This document shows positions 53,835 to 64,000 of a stretch of 64,000 nucleotides of DNA, one piece after another. This stretch comes from Octopus vulgaris. Lineage: Eukaryota. The stretch's first letter is position 1; each line of letters starts with the position of its first letter. The notes under the pieces are model-generated. The model ran no database searches. It saw only the letters and a program-made list of their open reading frames with translations, and was not told where the DNA came from. Where the stretch lies: contig OX597820.1 in NCBI GenBank assembly GCA_951406725.2, positions 3,472,001-3,536,000 of the forward strand, given 5' to 3'. The position numbers were made by a program, and so were the translations under genes.

Positions 53835-54235
53835 CAACGTGGAGAATATACTGCCGGCATTGCCCAAATGACTTGAACATTAGCTTCAAGGTTCATCCAA
53901 GGCTGGGACCACGGACCATACGTCCCCTGCCCAATTCAGGATCACAACATATAGGTACACTGCAACAAAATTTCTTTTCTTCAACAGGCCCTGCCCTGTT
54001 CAACATTGTCCCAAAACTGATCAAAGAGGAAAAGGATCCCATCACCTTTAAACGGAGTCTGGACAAATTTCTTCAAGGAATACCAGATAAGCCACCCATA
54101 CCTGGATACAATTCACTCAACAAGAACTCAGTACATGAATGGACCATAAACAAAACTTGACTTAAAAAGGATTTAGATAATCCTATCAGGTGGTGCTATT
54201 AAGATAGACCAATCTTTGGTTGAAATATATCTAAG
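53835..54235 (+). mobile_element. CR1/L2-group LINE 3' fragment
   Basis: FFSSTGPALFNIVPKLIKEEKDPITFKRSLDKFLQGIPDKP. Confidence 0.7.
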
Positions 54236-54571
54236 TTTATATACAATGGGCTTCACTGATTGGTCAGCCCAGGGCTGTAGTTGAAGATACTTACCTGTGG
54301 ACTGAACCTGAAACCACATAGTTGCAAAGTGAGCTTCTTAACCACACAGCCATGCATTCATCAAGAAAGGATATTCACCTTTTTTTTTACTTTTTTGGTA
54401 GTTTGGATATTTGTGTTGAAGGCTGTTATTTTTCCCCAATCATCAAATGACTTAGGTTTACATTCAACCATAAATTGGGCTAAAAAAATGAGCATCATAA
54501 CACGACTTTCATTAAAATTCAGTTGGTGGTTGATTCTCTTGAGACCCTTATTGTGGAACAAACCATATTTA

Positions 54572-55086
54572 CAGGGTGACCCCAAAAAAAAACAGAACCC
54601 ACAAAAGTTTTATTAAATTCAACAAAGGTCCAGCAAATTTCAAGAAACTTGCTGGACTTAAACTTCGGTCTGTGTACAATCATTCCCTTTGCATAAGAGT
54701 CATGTTCTGTTCAAAATATCCTCCAAATGGCAAATGCCGTACAAAATTGTCAATTACTCGAACACATTCCTCTTTGCGGATTTCCCGGATTGCTGCCTTC
54801 AGTTCACCAATCGTTTGAGGATTGTTCTGGTAAACATTATCCTTGAGATATCCCTGCAGATAAAAATCTGGCAGGAGGTTCAAGTCCAGCGAATCTGGTG
54901 CCCATTCAATGTCACACTTCCTGCTGATCAGTCTCTCCTGAAATGGCTCTCCCAGCCAGGCTAGGGAGTCATTTGATGCAGGAGTGTGGCCTGGTCTTGC
55001 TGGAACCACTGTTCATCTCGATCTAACCCTCTGCGTTGTTTTATTCAAAGATTTGTGGGTTCTGTTTTTTGTGGGGGGTCACCTTG
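54572..55086 (-). mobile_element. Internally deleted Tc1/mariner element
   Basis: TA|CAGGGTGACCCC..AACAGAACCCACAAA and TTTGTGGGTTCTGTT..GGGGTCACCTTG|TA; remnant EWAPDSLDLNL.PDFYLQGYLKDNVY...GGYFEQ. Confidence 0.88.
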
Positions 55087-55256
55087 TATTTAATAAACCT
55101 CCATCCACTGCAAACATTTTGTCCTCAATAACAAAGAGACGTGTTTTGAAGATGGTATCACTGAAATTTATTTACAATCACCAGTTGAGGCTCCTCTCTA
55201 AATTTCAACCCCAAATCATCACAAGATGACGGTCCATGTTTTCAACAGAACCTTAA

Positions 55257-55477
55257 ACATTTAGCATTCAGATTCCTCCATCAAATGTAATTGCTTATTT
55301 ATTCACATCGTTTTGAATTAATCCTGCATTATCTCAGAGCTTTAAGATTTCTATGATATGATTGTTTATTTTTAGAATGAGAATACAGGGTTTGTGTGAG
55401 AGGCAGGATCTGGCCAGTTTGAACCCAAAACAGGTAGAATATTTGGGCCAAATGTGGCCAGTTTAAATGCTGGAGGG
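55257..55477. mobile_element. TTAA-flanked MITE
   Basis: TTAA|ACATTTAGCATTCAGA ... GTTTAAATGCTGGAGGG|TTAA. Confidence 0.6.
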
Positions 55478-57294
55478 TTAAAGGGGCTTCAAAGTTGAGA
55501 TGATGATTGCAAAACAACTGCTTCCATCATCTATGCTTCTCACTGACCATCATTTTGTAACAAGCCTCACTGTAAGTTGCACAATCATGATCATCCACTG
55601 TTTGAAGCTGGTGACATGATTGTGGTTCTTAGATTTGGTGTAAGGTCATCAGTAAGTAGAAACAGGCCTACACAGGCTAAGATTAACAATTCAGACACTT
55701 CCCAAAGAGCAAGCAAATCTAATGATAGGTCTGCAGTCAACAACAAGAATATCTTTTCTTCTTGAACATTTTCGTCTGCGCTAGATGCAGCATGAAGGAA
55801 CATGATAATAATCATCATCATCATTTTAATGCCAGGAATTTATGGAGGTAAGTTTGCTACAGCTGGATGCCCTTCCTGTAGCCAATCACCTGTTTCCAAG
55901 ATAGGTAGCACTTCCCAATGACCAGATAAGATTTCACAGAACATTGGAAATGAATGACACTGCTTGTATGAGAGTGGAACTCATTTTACGACTGTCAGGC
56001 GAGAACAAGACAAAGGAACACAAACATTCACACTCACACACGACAGGCACCTTTTAGTTTCCATCAACCAAATCCACACCCAAGGCTATGATTAGCAGAG
56101 AAATACAGAAGAGACAAGGCTTTGGTCAATGCAAAGGGGCCGTTCACTGAGATGGAACTGAAAACCAGGTTCATGCGATGATGTAAATGTCAAAACAAAG
56201 AGGAAAATAACTGAGGAGAAACTCTCTGGGATGGACAATGAGAACATGCTAACCCTGCCAATTTAATAAAGGGTTCAGTTTGAAAAGGTTCCAGTGGTGA
56301 AGACAGGAGGGGACAAAGATCAAAGCAGGCACCTTTCTTATCTCATTGTCATTGTCTTAATGTCTACTTTTCGAGGATTATATGAATCAGATGGAATTTG
56401 GTGAGATTTTCCATGGTTGGATGCTCTAACTGTCACCAACCTCCACCTGTTTCCAAGCAATAATATTTCCCCATCACCAGACACATTTTTCACAGAAGAC
56501 TGCAAACATCATTTGTACGATGGTGATGCACATTTATAGCCATCATATGATGGTAAAACAAGGGTGTGTGTGTATGTATATCATCATCATCATTTAGCGT
56601 GCGCTTTCCATGCTAGCATCGGTTGGACGGTTCAACTGGGGTCTGGGAAGCCAGAAGGCTGCATCAGGCCCAGTCTGATCTGGCAGTGTTTCTACGGCGG
56701 GATGCCCTTCCTAACACCAACCACTCCGTGAGTGTAGTGGGTACTTTTTACGTGCCAGACGAGGCTGGCAAACAGCCACAGTCGGATGATGCTTTTTACG
56801 TGCCACGGTCAGATGGTGCTTTTTACGTGCTACCAGCATGGAGGCCCGTCGGGGCGGCGCTGGCAACGGCCATGTTCGGATGGTTCACTTACGTGCCACT
56901 GGTATCATATATATATATATATATATACACATACATATATATACACACACACATACATATATGTACACATCATGGCTGATGCCAATGCTGCCTGACTGGT
57001 ACCTGTGCTGGTGGCACATAAAAAGCACTGGTCAAGCATTGGGCCTCATGGAAGCAGTGGCAGGTGACCAAGACCCTTAGCAATAAACCGTGCTTATGTT
57101 GACCAGTCAAGCCAAATGAGACCGTAGCCATGGCTGATACCAGTGTCACGTCGATGGCACGTAAAAAGCACCCACAACAATCTTGGAGTGGTTAGCATTA
57201 GGAAGGGCATCCAGTTGTAGAAACCTTGCCAAATTCAGATCAGTAACTGGTGCAGCCCCCTGGTTTACCAGTTTGCATGGAAAGTGGATGTTAA

Positions 57295-58380
57295 CCCTTT
57301 CGTTACTATATTTCTGACCAAATTACACCCCTTATGTGTTTCAATTAATTTCTAACGTAATCATAAATTTAGTCTGGTTTCATTAAACAACTATAACTTT
57401 TTTATTTATCGATATATTAATCTGATTTTTGGAAGATAATTTAATGAAATATTCTCAACCAATTCTATACTATAATTTTTGTCACAAAGTGACTCTAATT
57501 GCAGGTAGATACAGGTAAATTCCACAAAATATAAAATTATTAAAATTTTGTTCAAACATCACTATAGAAAATGGGTTATTAGCTAATATTCAATTGGGTA
57601 TACAACAAAATTTTACGATAGAATTTGTTATTCTGGGTAACTTTCTGATACCCATAATAATATTTATGGCAAAATAGTCTTAATTTCATTTAAGGTTGTG
57701 GGAAACCACAAACTATCGTTTCTTTCGCTTTGTTTACATATAGCGTAACGGTTCGTTTCCGCCGTAATGATTTCAAATAGGCTCATTCGAAAAAGTAAAA
57801 AGAAATAGTCAAAGGCTTTACCCTTCTGGGAAAGTCTGTGGCTTGGTCCAGTTTCTTCAGAAAAATCACCGAAAGAAACAGTTTTTAAATTTTCACTCCA
57901 TTCAGGTGCCAATTCGTTTTCTTTATTGCTATCGGAGATCTCAGATTCACTGTTTTCACTTTCGGAAAATGAAACATCAGATTCATTATCAAATACCACA
58001 TGCTTTTTTTTTTCAGTCATAGAGTTAGATTTATGAAGGTCTTCAGTAGAAAATCCTTCGAATTCTGACTCGCTGCTTGATATAATGAAATTCGTATCCA
58101 TTTTTTGTCAGAATTACAAATTTTGAAAACACAATAGGAACAAATTTCGGAAAAAAATCTCCCAAAATTCACGGAATTAAAATTACACTTCGATTATTGT
58201 ACAAAACTGTAGTTGAACTGTTTACGAAGTATAATACGTGTTTTCACGAATGTACTGAAGAGATTTGCTCTGATATTCTCATTTAAATATGAATAGGTGA
58301 ATTCGGGCGGCTTTGGGCGGTTTGGTCTCATAAACCAAAATTTTTTTCGGGCGGCTTTGGGCAGTTTGGTAACGAAAGGG
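57295..58380 (-). mobile_element. Internally deleted piggyBac (1086 bp) with transposase N-terminus at 57664-58101
   Basis: TTAA|CCCTTTCGTTAC ... GTAACGAAAGGG|TTAA; SSSESEFEGF, DYFFLLF..SLFEIITAETNRYA, WFPTTLNEIK (PGBD4-like). Confidence 0.92.
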
Positions 58381-58687
58381 TTAAACAATGATGATGATGA
58401 CAATGAACTTCTTTCAGATTCCAATCTAGTAAATCCACTCACAAGGTACTAGCTGTTCTGAGATTATAGTAAAAGACACTTACCTAAAGTGCTGTGCAGG
58501 GTTGTGAAGCAAGCTTCTTAACCACACACCCACATCTGCACCTGTCACATATAAAATTTTTTTTTTTCACACAAGAGAAACTGCAATCAATGAAGAACCT
58601 CACAAACCCCTCATTTCTCATCCATGCATGAAATCATGCCCCAAAAACACAAGAATCTGTACAAATAAATCGATTGCCTGATAATCA

Positions 58688-58693
58688 TTTATT
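58688..58693 (-). terminator. Candidate polyadenylation signal of ATG13
   Basis: AATAAA on the minus strand about 50 nt past the stop codon; use not demonstrated. Confidence 0.35.
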
Positions 58694-58743
58694 TGTCATT
58701 GATAAATGTTCCTATTTTCAAAATATTTGTTAAGTAGTGAATA

Positions 58744-58947
58744 TTATTCCTTTTCCGCCAACTCGTTTACAAAATCATCAAAGTCCCTAGAATTGGTTTC
58801 AAAAGCTTGTAGTTGATTGGTCACATCCTGCAGTGTCTCAGCTAGTGTAAACTCCTCTTTGCATATCGACAGAGCAGGTACTCCTTGTGTCTCTTGGTAG
58901 CAGCGCCATAAATCACTGCAAGTGTCTTCACCAGCAAAAGGAGGAAT
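58744..58947 (-). CDS. ATG13: Autophagy-related protein 13, last coding exon
   Basis: Minus-strand tttcag acceptor; IPPFAGEDTCSDLWRCYQETQGVPALS...LQAFETNSRDFDDFVNELAEKE-TAA resembles the metazoan ATG13 C-terminus (KPAFSKDD..DLGTFYREFQNPPQLS...VREFDAFVETL). Confidence 0.85.
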   Translation of the reverse strand: MPPFAGEDTCSDLWRCYQETQGVPALSICKEEFTLAETLQDVTNQLQAFETNSRDFDDFVNELAEKE

Positions 58948-59009
58948 CTGAAAGTAAAAAAACAAAAACAGGAGTATAATTTACTGCTCGTTAATATTAA
59001 ACCATCAAC

Positions 59010-59980
59010 TTCATTGTTTTAAAGTAAACTTTTTCAAGCTTGCATGGGTCAAACAGAATTTGTTGAGACAGATTTTCTACGGCTGGATGCACTTCCTGTT
59101 GCCAACCCTCACCTTGTTTCCAAGCAAAGAAATATTTTCCTATGGTTAGACACGTTTACGCAGAAATGAAGGACACTGCTTGTATGACACTTAAAACTAT
59201 GATGTACTGCCAAGGACACACGGCACACACACACACACACAATGGGCTTCTTTCAGTTTCCATCTACCGAATCCACTCACAAAGCTTTGGTGAGCCTGAA
59301 GCTATAGAAGAAGATACTTGTCCAAGATGCTGTGTAGTAGGATTGAACCTATAACCATGTGTTTGGGAAGCAAATTTCTTAACCACACAGCCGCACCCAT
59401 GCCTGTATCTCAGCTACAACATTTCTTGATGCATACTCGAGACAAATTTCGTCTTCCAGCATCAGATTTATCCTCCTCATCACCTCAGGATTTTCTAAAA
59501 CGTCCACTGCAATTGTTAATGATGACTTCTCACATGTTACAGACAGACACACTTCAATAATCACACTTCTTTACAAATCAAAATACACCTAACGCCTAGT
59601 CTTATCATCATTCAAAGTTCACTTTTCCAAACTTGCCTGGGTCAGACAGAATTCGCTGAGGCAGATTTTCAACAGCCAGACGTCCTTCCAGTTACCAACC
59701 TCTCCTCTTAAATATTTCCCTCATGGCCTGACATATTTCCACAGAAAATTAGAAGCAAACAACATCACTCACATGACTACGATACTCATTTACAGCCATC
59801 ACATGATGTCAAGGCAAGAGTAGACACAGATGCACACAGCCTCCATCAACCACATCCACTCACAAAGCTTTGGCTGTCCTGAGGCTACAGTAAACGATAC
59901 TTGTTCAAGGTGTCACACAGTGAGATTGAACCTGAGGCCACATGGTTGGGAAGCTTTATAACCACATAGTCACACCAGCC
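59010..59980 (-). mobile_element. Two composite old SINE-like elements (family B head plus a D-related tail); relatives at ~47050, 55810, 56345
   Basis: Repeated CCAACCCTCACC.TGTTTCCAAGCAA and ATCCACTCACAAAGCTTTGG segments. Confidence 0.7.
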
Positions 59981-59982
59981 TG

Positions 59983-60195
59983 TCCAGTCATGCCTGCCCC
60001 TCTACAGTCACACCTGCCCCTCCACAACCACACCTGCCCGTCCAGTCACGCCTGCCACTCTACAGTCATGCCTGCCCCTCCACAGCTACCCCTGCCCTTC
60101 CAAAGTCACTCTTGCCCCTCCATAGCCTTCCCTACCCCTCCACATCCATGCCTGCCCCTTCACATCCACACCTGCCCCTCCACAGCCATACCTGT
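59983..60195. repeat. ~20-bp minisatellite, about 11 units (CAGCCACACCTGCCCCTCCA)
   Basis: Direct reading. Confidence 0.85.
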
Positions 60196-60994
60196 GTAAA
60201 ACATTGAATTGAACCAACAACACATTTCCCTCAGCTTTATTGCAAACAAAGTTAAATATTCATTAATCTCACTCTTAACCCAAATTTTACAAAAAGGGGT
60301 TGCTGTTGTTTAGCCCTAATCAATCAGATCTGTAATCTCGCTGTTCCAACGGTGACCATCCCAACCCATTTTTTTAGGGGCATCATGCACCCTGAACTAC
60401 ATTATCAAATGTTTTTCTTTTCAAGAAAGTAATGTGACACATTTGGCTACTATTTCTAGTGAGGTGGGTGACCACATAGTTGCTTCTAATGTAATAGGAG
60501 AATGCCCAGCTTCTTGCAGAGAAGAGTTCACAAGTATGTGGCCTCTGTGCCGGTGACACGTAAAAGACACCATTCGAGCATGATTGTTACCAGCATCACT
60601 TTACTGGCACCTGTGCCAGTGGCATGTGTAAAAGATTCAAGTGAGGTCGTTGCCAGTACCACCTGACTGGCCCCCGTGCCGGTGGCACATAAAAGCACCC
60701 GCTACACTCATGGAATGGTTGGTGTTAGGAAGGGCATCCAGCTGTAGAAACTCTGCCAGATCAAGATTGGAGCCTGGTGCAGCCTCCTGGCTTGCCAGTC
60801 CTCAGTCAAATCCTCCAACCCATGCCAGCATGGAAAGCGGACGTTAAACGATGATGATGTGAGTCTGTGTTTTACTGTCTCTTCGCCTTGACATTACATA
60901 TGACAGTTGTAAATAAATGCCACCATGATGCAAGCAGTGGCATTCGTTTCCAATCTTCCATGAAAGCATGTCCAGTCTCATAAATAATAAAATA

Positions 60995-61242
60995 AATGCG
61001 CCCTTTTAAAGCCTAGCCAGGCTCATGGGCCCGGTTTCCCAGTTTCTGTGGCGTATGTGTTCCCCAGATGGACGGGACGCCAGTCCATCGCAGCGTAACT
61101 CATTTTTGCCAGCTGAGTGGACTGCAGCAACGTGAAATGAAGTGTTTTGCTCAAGAATGCAACATGTCACCTGGTCTAGGAATCGAAACCACAATCTTAC
61201 GATCACGGTGCTGACACCCTAACCACTAAGCCACGCGCCTCT
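60995..61242 (-). mobile_element. SINE family C relative
   Basis: Minus strand GGCGCGTGGCTTAGTGGTTAGGG...GGTTTCGATTCC. Confidence 0.8.
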
Positions 61243-62138
61243 ACTGTCCAGTCTTAGGGAAACATTATTTAGTGTGAAAACATAACTGGAAGGTTCTCTG
61301 GAATTGGATGCTTTTGTTACCTAGGTGACCTAATTAGGAGAGGAGGCAGGTGTTTAGAAAGCATAGCAAACGGATTAGAACAAGATGGAAAAGTTCGGAG
61401 AGTTGTTATCGTTGCTGAACAAGGAGGGAACATTGTGTGAGGGTTCTGTGTGAAACACTAAATACACAAAAAGCAGGGAAGAAATAAGCTTTGCTGTCTC
61501 CAGGGGATGTTTTCAGTCTTCTTTTCTTTATGCTTTAATTTTGGTCTGGAATTTGAATGTCCTTCCTATTGCTAAAGACCTGACAGCATGGACTGGTTAT
61601 TCTCTCTCTTTTTATACATGCACAGAAGCACAACAAATAAGAAAGCAGAAAGAGAAGCAGGAGAGAGCAACCAGTCCATACTGTGAAGTGGTGGGCGACA
61701 GGAAAGGCGTCCAACTACAAAAAAAAGCATTCAAGAAAGAACAAGAAAGAACAGAGGAGAATGTAGACACGGTGAAGGCAACCCGCCTGGTGGGGGTGTG
61801 ATAACTCTTAAAATGGAAGCTGATTCAAGACAGCAAAGGGTCTCTTCAGTTCTGCCACAGACTTCATTTTTTAGAGACGTCATCTCCATACAATGAACTC
61901 AATTCAGGTTATATAATGAGAGGAGATCGGAATGGCATCCATCCACAGATAAAAAGAATCATATCATTCACAACAACAAGGATCAGCAGTTTTCTCTGCT
62001 GCTCTGTGTCCCAAATGACAAAGGGATTATGAGAAGGGCAAGGTCCTGCGTGGGAAGAGACTGTGAAACCCATTCCAGAGAAGAAAAACAGACATAATGT
62101 AATGAAGATGATGGAGAGAAAGATGGGATGCAACTTAC

Positions 62139-62481
62139 TGAATCAATTAAAACAAATCCTTCTTTATTGCAGTTTTCTTCGTCATCATCGTCGTCGTCGT
62201 CATCGTCATCACTGGTAGTGCCGTTTCCGTATTGTTGTAATAAGTGGTCTGAAACGGCCGGCTCACTTTCCGAGCTCGCTACCAGGTCTTCGGCTGCTGA
62301 ATTGTGTGATATTGCTGAGGGACTACAACTCTGTTGGGGAGGTTTGTTAGCATTTTGTAAGAGAGTTATGAAGGGGATGTCCTCCATTGCATTGGAGCGA
62401 GTTTTGTTCAGATTATAATGCAGATCACTGGCGAAAGCACCGACCACTCGTTCGTCAAGGTAGTCATTTTCTTTGTCAGAG
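62139..62481 (-). CDS. ATG13: Autophagy-related protein 13, penultimate coding exon (disordered region, LIR)
   Basis: Minus-strand ttgcag acceptor and tca|gtaagt donor, phase 0 to the last exon; SDKENDYLDERVVGAFA...DIPFITLL...EGFVLIDS, where FVLI matches the ATG13 LIR (human FVMI). Confidence 0.82.
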
Positions 62482-62854
62482 CTGCAACAGATGCAGAAAA
62501 CATTCACGATTAAGGACAAGAAATACAACTGCACAATAACGACAACAAGAAAAAAATCAATGACTTCTAATAGAAAATGTAATTCATATCAAAGGATAAA
62601 GACTTATTGATCTTAATATGCATATTGATTGTATGAGAGAGAGAGAAAGAGAGAGAGTGTGTGTGTGTGCATGAGAAAGACCTTCACCTGACGGATGCTC
62701 CTCCATGTGACATAAAACAGTGTCAAGATACAGAAATCCTTAACTTTTGCATGTAATAAATACAACTATTTGACAAAATGTATTGAATATTAATTTCTGT
62801 TAATGAATGCAAATTAACATTATTGCATAAATATGGTGTGTGTGTGTTTACACA

Positions 62855-63260
62855 AATAACAATAATAATGAAATTATTGTATACAGTGCTCAGGTGCACC
62901 ACAACTTGTCAAAAGTGCGTATAAAGCATGTGCCTTAGTGTACAAATGTCTGGGAAGTGAACAGTGATTGAGTCAGATACATGCTTGCGTGTGTATGGAG
63001 GGGAGAAAAATCAGGTGTAGTGTTGGCGAATCTCAGAAAGCATGGAAGTTTTGAAGGATGCAGTGCTCCGACAACTAACAACTGATGCCGGCAGTCTGTT
63101 CCACGCTTCGGCAATTCTTAGCGTGAAAAAATGTTTCCGAAAGTCGTGGGCGCTGTGCTGTTTTCTGACTTTGGAAACATGTCCATGGGTGTTAGATGGG
63201 TGGAGTTTGACCCATCTAGGACTGCAGCAAAATACATTTGTTGAAGGTGCCATGCATTAA
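62855..63260 (-). mobile_element. CR1-like LINE 3' fragment in an ATG13 intron
   Basis: HGHVSKVRKQHSAHDFRKHFFTLRIAEAWNRLPASVVSCRSTASFK; (ATT)n tail. Confidence 0.85.
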
Positions 63261-64000
63261 GATCAAGCCTGAACTGTGACACCAACAAACAAACAAACAT
63301 ACATACGTACGCACATACATAGACAGACAAAGACCATATCACACGCACACAAAACAACTGACGAACCAACAACTGAGAATCAACATTGTAACAACAACAA
63401 AAAAACGACCATCTTCACAAGATTGTAATTAGCAATTAACCGTTGAAAAGAAAATACATAAAGAGGACCACCTCCCTCCCCGCACACACTTAAATAGATA
63501 TATAAAATTTAAGTGAATACACATACATATATATACACACACACATACATATATGTACACATCATGGCTCATGCCAATGCTGCCTGACTGGTACCTGTGC
63601 TGGTGGCACATAAAAAGCACCGGTCAAGCATTGGGCCTCATGGAAGCAGTGGCAGGTGACCAAGACCCTTAGCAATAAACCGTGCTTATGTTGACCAGTC
63701 AAGCCAAGTGAGACCGTAGCCATGGCTGATACCAGTGTCATGTTGGTGGCACGTAAAAAGCACCCACACTTAAATAGATGTATGAAAAAAAAACTCTTTT
63801 GAAATACCCTAAGACACATGTCTGAATGATATTGCATTGGAGGGAAACTTTAAAAAAGAACAAAAGGAAGTGATCCAGTTTACCAGAACAATATATACTC
63901 TATAGCATAGATTGAGTACTTTCTCATGTGCAAGTGCGCATTGATGCACGTGTGCACACCAGTGTATACATGCAACCATTCATGTATGTAGCTGTACATC

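Noticed and set aside
55591-55824. 77-aa minus-strand ORF with protein-like composition
   Set aside because: Start lies in a (CAT)n repeat tail; no recognisable family or splice sites
59379-59564. Possible extra ATG13 exon
   Set aside because: No good acceptor/donor; flanking exons already join in phase and match the ATG13 C-terminus contiguously
59983-60195. CRISPR-like array
   Set aside because: Tandem units without unique spacers; eukaryotic context; no cas genes

Overview
Eukaryotic, AT-rich, repeat- and microsatellite-dense genomic DNA. The SINE repertoire and (ATGT)n/(AT)n/(TAA)n load suggest a coleoid cephalopod, probably Octopus (inference). Two spliced genes converge tail-to-tail. 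(1) A + strand Cys-loop ligand-gated anion-channel subunit (GlyR/GluCl-like) with 7 coding exons that I spliced by hand: 1491-1561, 4507-4574, 14095-14321, 20379-20461, 30141-30278, 37878-38272 and 46651-46830. All introns are GT-AG and in phase, giving 386 aa; the signal-peptide exon lies upstream of the window. It lacks the residues that bind glycine or glutamate, so it looks like an orphan receptor. (2) The last two coding exons of ATG13 on the - strand (62139-62481, 58744-58947). The rest is a mosaic of tRNA-derived SINEs, RLE (R4/Dong-like), RTE and CR1-like LINE fragments, Penelope-like elements, a Chapaev3-like transposon, piggyBac and Tc1 derivatives, MITEs and a Helitron. The least expected signals are several hammerhead-ribozyme-like motifs (three on the sense strand of the channel pre-mRNA), long fold-backs, an apparent GGTAT target preference of one SINE subfamily, and a locally templated duplication. 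Almost all long ORFs in the supplied track are microsatellite artefacts. Repeat boundaries are approximate and nothing was verified computationally.
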